A stretch of DNA of 64,000 bases from an uncultured Candidatus Entotheonella sp. (GTDB taxonomy: Bacteria; Tectomicrobia; Entotheonellia; Entotheonellales; Entotheonellaceae), in NCBI GenBank assembly GCA_965217185.1, contig OZ244252.1, forward strand, positions 1,184,001 to 1,248,000. Direction: 5' to 3'. This document shows positions 57,602-64,000 of the stretch, piece by piece. The notes beneath the pieces are model-generated. The model had not been told where the DNA came from and did no database searches. It was given only the letters and a program-made list of their open reading frames with translations. How positions within the stretch are numbered: the first letter of the stretch is position 1; each line of letters opens with the position of its first letter. The translations under genes were made by a program, and so were the position numbers.

Positions 57602-59222
57602 GTACGACTCTCCTCCTGCGGGTTTGGTAGCGGGCGCGCAGCAGGCGGCGCCAGCGCGGCACGATCCAAAGCACCAGACCCGTTAGGGTTTGCACGACCA
57701 TGAGAATGGCTACAACGTCCAATACGTACTTGAACCAGGTCCCGAAAAACTTGCCGCTGTGAGCATCGTGTAACAGTTGATAAAGGGTGGTGGCACGCAC
57801 CGATTGTTGCGGGCCGTACGGCGGGGCCAGGGGCGTTTCCTCCCACGCGGGAGGTTCGACGGCGACGAGACTGGTGAGCCTTTGTGACAACAGGGTATTG
57901 CCGGAAACCACGTACAACGCCTGGCGGTTAGCGTGCATGGCGTCTACGGGGTGTTCCAGCAGGGAAGCCCACTGCCGGCCAAAGTTGCGGCTTACCTGGA
58001 GGCCGCGGTCGTTACCGACGTAGATGTAATTCACCCAGCCGGGTCCAACGAAAAGGTGGTCCACCTGTTTAACCACCTCGGGACGAATGGACTCCCCAAC
58101 GTTTTCCCAGCTTTGCCCGCCGTCTTCGGTGGCAAACAGACCGTAAGTATGGCCAGCCCACATGTGGTCGGCGTTGCTGCGGCTAATCGCCAGGGTACGC
58201 AGGTGGAGCTCCACGGGACCCTTCCAGTTATTGGCATCGAAGCGGTCCGGGAACCAAGAGGCGGGCAGGCCGCGGTGGGTCAGCACGGAGAAATCGACCA
58301 TGTGCAACAGCACGATGCCGGTAATTGGCAGGAGGTACAACAACGGCCAGCTGACCATGCCGCCAGCGCGATGCAGGTGGCGAAGAAATTTGTAGCGCAA
58401 ACGCTGCGGCGCCTGTGCGCCGCGCAGCCGTTTTTTCACCCGCCGCCACCACAGCACCACACCGGTGTATGCGAGAGCCAGGAGCAGGAATGCAAAGGCA
58501 TGGTTGATTAGCCACCAGTCGTTGCCCAGGAACGCCTGGCCGTTGTGCAGGTTCAAGGATACCGTGCCCCAGTCCAACTGGCCGACACCGCGCGCGTCGC
58601 CGAACGGCGACGCCAATGTGGTGAGTTCCCAGCCTTCGTCTTCGTCTTCGTTCATGAAGCGCCTGTATACGAAACCACTTTCATCAATGGCAACGGCCAC
58701 TCCCCCGGGTGAGAAGCTCAATTCCATGATGCCGCTGGTGGACAGGTCTTCATCGTACGACTCGCCGTACGGCTCCCAATCCTCACCGCCGTTCATCGAC
58801 AGGGCAATGCCGCGGCCCTTGCTGACCATGATCGTTTGCGTATCGCTGGGGTTGACCGCCAACACCGGCGGAAACAGGCCCTGCCCGGCCACGAAGTCCC
58901 CGGGAATGTCAGGGGTAACGTCCCGCCAAGTTTGCCCCTCGTCCTGGCTGAGGAAGATGCCTTGACGGTGCGTGGCGAACCAGCCCTTGTCGGTGATGCC
59001 GATAGATTTGAGGTGTGCGCCCCAGTCGTTAAGCTCGTAGCGGGGCGGCAGCCAACCTGACTGGATGTGGATGTCGCGCAGTCGGAGTTGGTCAGAGGGG
59101 TAGATGAAAATGCCGGTGATGGCCAGAAGTGTGACGAGGAGCAGCGTGGAAAGCGCGCTCCACACGTGTATGTTGAACCATCGTTTGAGTTTCAGGCCGC
59201 GCTTCGTTCGTTGTTCTGCCAT
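57588..59222 (-). CDS. PepSY-associated TM-helix protein with two BNR/Asp-box periplasmic domains
   Basis: His-bearing TM motifs IHVWSA, NLHNG, HLHRAGG and DAHSG; Asp-boxes SQDEGQTW, SMNGGEDW, TEDGGQSW and SRNFGRQW. Confidence 0.8.
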   Translation of the reverse strand: MAEQRTKRGLKLKRWFNIHVWSALSTLLLVTLLAITGIFIYPSDQLRLRDIHIQSGWLPPRYELNDWGAHLKSIGITDKGWFATHRQGIFLSQDEGQTWRDVTPDIPGDFVAGQGLFPPVLAVNPSDTQTIMVSKGRGIALSMNGGEDWEPYGESYDEDLSTSGIMELSFSPGGVAVAIDESGFVYRRFMNEDEDEGWELTTLASPFGDARGVGQLDWGTVSLNLHNGQAFLGNDWWLINHAFAFLLLALAYTGVVLWWRRVKKRLRGAQAPQRLRYKFLRHLHRAGGMVSWPLLYLLPITGIVLLHMVDFSVLTHRGLPASWFPDRFDANNWKGPVELHLRTLAISRSNADHMWAGHTYGLFATEDGGQSWENVGESIRPEVVKQVDHLFVGPGWVNYIYVGNDRGLQVSRNFGRQWASLLEHPVDAMHANRQALYVVSGNTLLSQRLTSLVAVEPPAWEETPLAPPYGPQQSVRATTLYQLLHDAHSGKFFGTWFKYVLDVVAILMVVQTLTGLVLWIVPRWRRLLRARYQTRRRRVVHASR

Positions 59223-59306
59223 AGTCTCTCCCCGAGTGTCGGCACTGCTAGCAGGCGGGGGCCAGCAAGGGGTTGAAGGGCAGGCACTATATACAAGTCT
59301 CAGGGA

Positions 59307-59323
59307 AAATGGAAATTCAATTT
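59307..59323. promoter_or_regulatory. AT-rich 8-1-8 palindrome (Fur-like operator) upstream of the PepSY operon
   Basis: AAATGGAA-A-TTCAATTT (one mismatch) overlaps a -35 lying 17 bp from a minus-strand TATAGT (59286-59291). Confidence 0.4.
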
Positions 59324-59361
59324 GAGTGGGGCATCAGGGAGAGCGGTTGGCGGGGAATCGA

Positions 59362-60405
59362 TCAGCCGCCGCGGGTGTGCATTTCGAGGTGGGGGTCCTG
59401 CCGCAGTCCTTCGAGTTGAACGAGGGTGCCGCGGCCACCGTTGCTTTCAAGGGCCTTACGCTCCTCAGCGCCGCGGTCCGTGCGGCCCTGCCAAGTGCGC
59501 GTAACCAGCGACTTCAGCGCCTCCGGGGAGGCTCCGGCGCGCAGCGGTTGTCGGAGGTCGAGGCCGTCGGTCGCATATAGGCACAGATACCACATGCCGT
59601 CGGCGGTCAGGCGGCTGCGGTCGCACGAGCGGCAAAACGGCGCCGTGGTGGAGGCGATGATGCCGAAGATCGTGTTATCGGGCAGCATGAAGCGCTCGGC
59701 GGGCGCGCGGCTGTTTTCATTCAGCGGGGTGATGGGGCCGTAGTGGGCGGCAAGTGTATCGAGGATGTCAGCGCGTGTCAGTACCTTGTCCATGCGCCAA
59801 TGGGTAGCGCCGCCGACGTCCATGTATTCAATGAAGCGCACCTCGGCGTCGACCTGCTTGCCGTATTCGATCAGGTCGATGATTTCGTCGTCGTTGTATC
59901 CCTGCATGGCTACGGTGTCGAGTTTCATCCCCTTGAATCCGACCGCCCGCGCGGTCTTGATGCCCTGCAGAACGCGGGCGTGCGTGGTGCGCCGGGTCAG
60001 GGCTGTGAAACGATCCGGGCGGAGGGTGTCGAGGCTGACGGTCACGCGGTGTAGCCCTGCTGCAAACAGGTCGGCGGCTTGATCGGCAAGCAGCACGCCG
60101 TTGGTGGTCAGCGCAATGTCGTTGAGTCGGGGATTGGTGGCCAGCATGCGGATGAGTAGCGGCAGGTCGCGGCGCAACAGCGGTTCGCCGCCGGTGAGGC
60201 GGACTTTTTCCACCCCCAATTCGGCAAACAGGCCAACCAGGGTGTTCATCTCCTCAAACGTCAGCAGGTCCTCGCGCGGCAGCCAGAGGTAATCCTCCTC
60301 GGGCATGCAATACTGGCAGCGCAGGTTGCAGCGGTCGGTGACCGACAGGCGCAGATTGGTCATGGGCCGGTCGAACACGTCGGTGAGGTAGGTAGCTGGG
60401 GCCAT
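59362..60405 (-). CDS. moaA: GTP 3',8-cyclase
   Basis: LRLSVTDRCNLRCQYC, FCRSCDRSRLTADG...CL and a C-terminal GG. Confidence 0.96.
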   Translation of the reverse strand: MAPATYLTDVFDRPMTNLRLSVTDRCNLRCQYCMPEEDYLWLPREDLLTFEEMNTLVGLFAELGVEKVRLTGGEPLLRRDLPLLIRMLATNPRLNDIALTTNGVLLADQAADLFAAGLHRVTVSLDTLRPDRFTALTRRTTHARVLQGIKTARAVGFKGMKLDTVAMQGYNDDEIIDLIEYGKQVDAEVRFIEYMDVGGATHWRMDKVLTRADILDTLAAHYGPITPLNENSRAPAERFMLPDNTIFGIIASTTAPFCRSCDRSRLTADGMWYLCLYATDGLDLRQPLRAGASPEALKSLVTRTWQGRTDRGAEERKALESNGGRGTLVQLEGLRQDPHLEMHTRGG

Positions 60406-60602
60406 GATTGCCGTTTCTATGGTCTTGGGATCGTGCTTGTAGCGGGCGGCTTCCAGCCCTGCGGGCAGCGTTGCGCAGACTATAAAGGGGCGGTTGGGGT
60501 GCTGTCAAACCGCCGTGGCAAGGCGTCTTGCACCGGTTGCGGCTTGCGGATAAACTGCCGCGCATCAAAGCAGCAGGCATCCAGACAAGGAGAGCAAGGC
60601 GA

Positions 60603-61397
60603 ATGACGACAGTGGCACAGGCTTACCAGGAAGAACGCATGGCGCTTGCCGACACCGAGTTGTACCTCTTGAAGGGTGGCGAGGGCCGGCCGCTTTTGGT
60701 GCTGCACGGCGTCGAGGGGCACGAGGGTTGGTTGCCGTTCCACGATGCCCTGGCGGCTAGGGCGACCGTGTATGCGCCGGCGCATCCGGGCTACGGCGAG
60801 ACGGCTCGGCCCGAGTGGCTGGAAACCATCGTGCACCAGGCGGTCTTCTATCACTGGTTCATTGAGCGGGCGGGCTTGGCCGGGCTGGACGTCGTCGGCT
60901 TCGGCATGGGCGGTTGGATCGCCGCGCAGATGGCCCTCATGTGCCCGCAGAATCTGGGTCGTCTGGTTCTGGTGAACGCCGCCGGAATTCACCCGCAGGA
61001 AAGTGACATCCTCGACATCTTCATCATTCCCTGGAAGCAAGTGATCGAACGTGGCTTCTATGACGCTGAGGCGTGCCCGGAGTATCACCGGCTATACGGC
61101 GGTGAGTGGCAGGAGTTCGGCGGTCCGCGCGAGGCCGGGCGTACGATGTCCATCCGCATGTGCTTCCGGCCCTTCATGTACGACTCGTCGCTGCCGGGCA
61201 TGCTGGGCAAGGTTACGGTGCCGACCCTGGTGGTGTGGGGCGCCGATAACCACATTATCCCGCCGGAATGCGGCCGGCTTTATCAGCAAGCCATCCCCGG
61301 CGCTACCCTGCATGAGATCGAGCGTTGCGGACACTGGCCGCACTTCGAGCGACCCGAGGAGCTTGCCGGCGTAATCCAAACGTTTTTGGCCCCGTAG
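60603..61397 (+). CDS. Alpha/beta-hydrolase fold protein with the nucleophile Ser replaced by Gly
   Basis: LVLHG, HPGYG, VVGFGMGGW, PTLVVWG and CGHWPH motifs. Confidence 0.85.
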   Translation: MTTVAQAYQEERMALADTELYLLKGGEGRPLLVLHGVEGHEGWLPFHDALAARATVYAPAHPGYGETARPEWLETIVHQAVFYHWFIERAGLAGLDVVGFGMGGWIAAQMALMCPQNLGRLVLVNAAGIHPQESDILDIFIIPWKQVIERGFYDAEACPEYHRLYGGEWQEFGGPREAGRTMSIRMCFRPFMYDSSLPGMLGKVTVPTLVVWGADNHIIPPECGRLYQQAIPGATLHEIERCGHWPHFERPEELAGVIQTFLAP

Positions 61398-61420
61398 GGG
61401 CGGGTTTCGGACCTGCCTAC
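61394..61420 (+). repeat. REP-like palindrome (GTAG family), copy 2
   Basis: GTAGGGGCGGGTTTCGGACCTGCCTAC; the GTAG supplies the stop codon of the upstream gene. Confidence 0.6.
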
Positions 61421-61449
61421 ACCGTACCCACTACCGTAAGGAGCGCTCC

Positions 61450-62592
61450 ATGGCCCCCACCCAGTACTACTATTTTACCGAGCAACCCTATACCGGCTAC
61501 GACCCCGCGGTGCAGGAAGAGCACCCTGCCCTGCGCCTCACCCTGCCGAATAGCCTGTACGACTCACGGCTTGCCAGCGAGCTTTACAATCGCTATCACG
61601 ACGAATATCAGGTTGCGGACGAGGTCGGCTTCGACGGCATCATGATCAACGAGCACCACACGGCGCCGTTCTGCATGCAGGCGTCGATCAACATTACCGG
61701 CGCGGTGCTGGCCAAAATCACCCGGCGCGCCAAGATCATCATGCTGGGCAATCCCCTGCCGGTGGTGGACAACCCGCTGCGTCTGGCCGAGGAGCTGGCT
61801 ATGATCGACTGCATCTCGCGCGGTCGGCTGGTTTCCGGCGTGGTGCGCGGCGGCGGTGTGGAGAGCTTGGCGAACAACGTCAATCCGGCGCACAACCGTG
61901 AGCGTTTTGAGGAAGCCCACGACCTCATCATCGCGGCCTGGACGCGTCCCGGACCGTTTCGCTGGGAGGGCAAGCATTTTCAGTACCGGGTGGTAAATCC
62001 GTGGGCGCTGCCGCTGCAGAAGCCGCACCCGCCCATGATGGTGCCCGGCACCGCCAGCCCGGAGACAGTGATCTGGGCCGCCAAACACCGCTATCCCTAC
62101 ATTGTGCTCGGTTCGTTCCTGGAGCAAACTCAGGAGCTTATTCAGATTTACCGTGAGACGGCTGAGGAGGTGGGCTACGAGATGCAGCCGGAGAACATCG
62201 GCTATCTCATTCGCTGCTTCGTGTCGGACACCGAGGAGCATGCCCAGGAGCAGGGCAAGAACTTTTTTTGGCAGAATGGTGCGCTGAACAAGCAACCGCG
62301 CGAATGGATGGCGCCGCCGGGATACGCCACCGTCGACGTGGCGGGGATTCGGCGCCTGCGGGCGGTGTCGCGTGCTTTCGATTCCCTGGCATACGAGGAG
62401 GCGCAGAAGAACTACCAGGTGGTGATCGGTACGCCGGATCAGGTTATCGAGAAGCTGCGCTACGTGCGCGACCTGCTCGGCGTTGGGCACATGTGCTTGT
62501 GGAGTCAGGACGGCTATATGACCCACCAGGACACGGTACGGAGCATCGAGTTGTTCGGCAAAGAGGTCCTGCCGGCCCTGCGCGATGCGTAA
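61450..62592 (+). CDS. LLM-class (luciferase-like) flavin-dependent monooxygenase
   Basis: GFDGIMINEHH, NPLRLAEELAMID, GRLVSG, PLQKPHPP and FGKEVLP motifs. Confidence 0.92.
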   Translation: MAPTQYYYFTEQPYTGYDPAVQEEHPALRLTLPNSLYDSRLASELYNRYHDEYQVADEVGFDGIMINEHHTAPFCMQASINITGAVLAKITRRAKIIMLGNPLPVVDNPLRLAEELAMIDCISRGRLVSGVVRGGGVESLANNVNPAHNRERFEEAHDLIIAAWTRPGPFRWEGKHFQYRVVNPWALPLQKPHPPMMVPGTASPETVIWAAKHRYPYIVLGSFLEQTQELIQIYRETAEEVGYEMQPENIGYLIRCFVSDTEEHAQEQGKNFFWQNGALNKQPREWMAPPGYATVDVAGIRRLRAVSRAFDSLAYEEAQKNYQVVIGTPDQVIEKLRYVRDLLGVGHMCLWSQDGYMTHQDTVRSIELFGKEVLPALRDA

Positions 62593-63074
62593 TGACGGCT
62601 TGGCCCAGTGTGAGGGACGCGGTGCATCAATTGGAACGCAAACAATTCGTGCCACGCCCACGTGACGAAGTGTTTGCGTTTTTCGCCGAGGCACGCAACC
62701 TCGAAATGCTCATCCCGGCGTTTCTCAACTTCCGCATTCTTACCCCTCTGCCGCTGGACATGCGCAGCGGCACCCTCATCGACTACCAGATCCGTCTAGG
62801 CGGGATTCCCATGCGCTGGCGAACCCGCATCGAGACGTTCGAGCCGCCGGTGCGTTTCGTTGACGTGCAACTCTCCGGCCCCTACCGCTACTGGCACCAT
62901 CTACACGAATTCCAGGACGCCCCCGGCGGCACCTCGGTGATCGACCGGGTCATCTATGCCCTGCCCTTCGGCTTCCTGGGCACATTGGCGCACTGGCTGT
63001 TCGTGCGCCGTGCGCTGGGACGCATCTTCGAATGCCGGCAGCAGCGATTGGCGGAGATTTTCCCCAGCGCGTGA
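62592..63074 (+). CDS. SRPBCC (START-like) family protein
   Basis: VFAFFAEARNL, FVDVQLSGPYRYWHHLHEF and Y.LPFG motifs; TAATG coupling to the LLM gene. Confidence 0.85.
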   Translation: MTAWPSVRDAVHQLERKQFVPRPRDEVFAFFAEARNLEMLIPAFLNFRILTPLPLDMRSGTLIDYQIRLGGIPMRWRTRIETFEPPVRFVDVQLSGPYRYWHHLHEFQDAPGGTSVIDRVIYALPFGFLGTLAHWLFVRRALGRIFECRQQRLAEIFPSA

Positions 63075-63079
63075 CGTTG

Positions 63080-63949
63080 TTAGGCTGGAAACTGCCCGAG
63101 CTGCTTGTGCACCAGTTCGGCGGCAGGGTCATACAGCGAATCAACAATGGAAAAGTGATCCAGATTTTCGGGCACGACAACCTCGGTGGGAGCGCCGCTG
63201 GCGCGCCAGAAGTCGGCCATCAGGTGGGTCTGACGGTGGTATTCCTTGGACTCGTCGGCGCCCACGATGAGAAGTAAGGGCGCCCGGGTCGCGTAGGATT
63301 GGTGCACCGGCGAGTTGCGGGCGGCCATTTCCGGGGTCATGCGCAGCGTGTCGTTCAGGTAGGAAAGTTGGATCGGTTCAAGGTCGAACAGGCCACTGAT
63401 GGCGCAGACGCCCTTCACCGCGTCCTGCGGTACGCCGGGGGCGAACGTCGGCCAATCGGTGGCGAGCATCATGCACGCCAAATGGCCGCCGGCCGAGTGA
63501 CCGCAAACGTAGATGCGGTCCGGGTCGCCGCCATACTCAGCGGCATGGCGATACAGCCAGGCGATGGCTTCCCGGTTCTGGCGCACGATCTCGTCCATAT
63601 CCACCGTGGGCGCCAGATCGTAGTTGTTGACCACCGTCATGACGCCGTGCGGCCGCATGCCCTGCGCCACGTAGCTGCAGTCGACCTTGTCCAACGAGAA
63701 CCAATAGCCGCCGTGCACAAACACGTAGATCGGCGCGCCTTGCCCCTCAGCCGGGAAGATATCGATGGCCTCCTTGGGACGCGGCCCGAAGGCCACGTCG
63801 AGATGCCCTCCCAGCATGGTGCGCGTCTTGACGCTGAGCTCGCTCCAGGCATTGAAGCGCTCCTTGTGGTCCGGAAAGCGTTGGCGGTTATTGTATTGGG
63901 CGTCGAGGGCCTGCTGATCCAGATCACGATACACGAGCGGTGCGGACAT
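63080..63949 (-). CDS. Alpha/beta hydrolase, arylformamidase (kynurenine formamidase)-like
   Basis: FVHGGYW, GHSAGGH, ISGLFDL and LDHFSI motifs. Confidence 0.87.
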   Translation of the reverse strand: MSAPLVYRDLDQQALDAQYNNRQRFPDHKERFNAWSELSVKTRTMLGGHLDVAFGPRPKEAIDIFPAEGQGAPIYVFVHGGYWFSLDKVDCSYVAQGMRPHGVMTVVNNYDLAPTVDMDEIVRQNREAIAWLYRHAAEYGGDPDRIYVCGHSAGGHLACMMLATDWPTFAPGVPQDAVKGVCAISGLFDLEPIQLSYLNDTLRMTPEMAARNSPVHQSYATRAPLLLIVGADESKEYHRQTHLMADFWRASGAPTEVVVPENLDHFSIVDSLYDPAAELVHKQLGQFPA

Positions 63950-64000
63950 CGTTCCTCCTTTAACAGCGTCTGGCGCCTCATGCGCCGGCGGGTTGTTCCA

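Noticed and set aside
63950..64000. Possible 3' end of an upstream minus-strand gene
   Set aside because: Too little sequence to support a call.

Overview
GC-rich bacterial chromosomal window with about 58 CDS; no rRNA, tRNA or CRISPR array was seen. The gene mix (family-5 and CUT1 binding proteins, LLM monooxygenase plus alpha/beta-hydrolase, paired acyl-CoA dehydrogenases, amidohydrolases) is reminiscent of Ca. Tectomicrobia/Entotheonella-like organisms, but that assignment is inference only. Housekeeping and metabolic content: msrA, a carbohydrate ABC transporter, modABC, hpaB, eno, nadQ-nadA-nadC, otsB, nnr and moaA. Accessory content: an IS701-family element with exact ends, and a SmaI-like type II restriction-modification locus with a frameshifted nuclease. 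Best candidates for undescribed biology: (1) a ~12 kb periplasmic redox island (24.4-36.4 kb) encoding a cytochrome c554 homolog, an NrfC/NrfD-type module with two Cys-deficient Fe-S motifs, a tetraheme cytochrome c, SoxYZ, a Rieske protein, FccB, a Tat-exported IorAB and a divergent TatC, with no soxAXB/CD or hao; (2) an ATP-binding USP carrying an N-terminal helix that aligns with the mitochondrial ATP synthase inhibitor IF1, downstream of an FNR-like box; (3) a hidden selenoprotein DsbA (UPHC with a SECIS-like hairpin) coupled to a MauE/DoxX membrane protein; (4) a structured ~180-nt leader ahead of iorAB; (5) a PepSY-TM/HEAT/FGE-fold operon behind a Fur-like box. Family assignments come from motif reading and recalled reference sequences, not from database searches.
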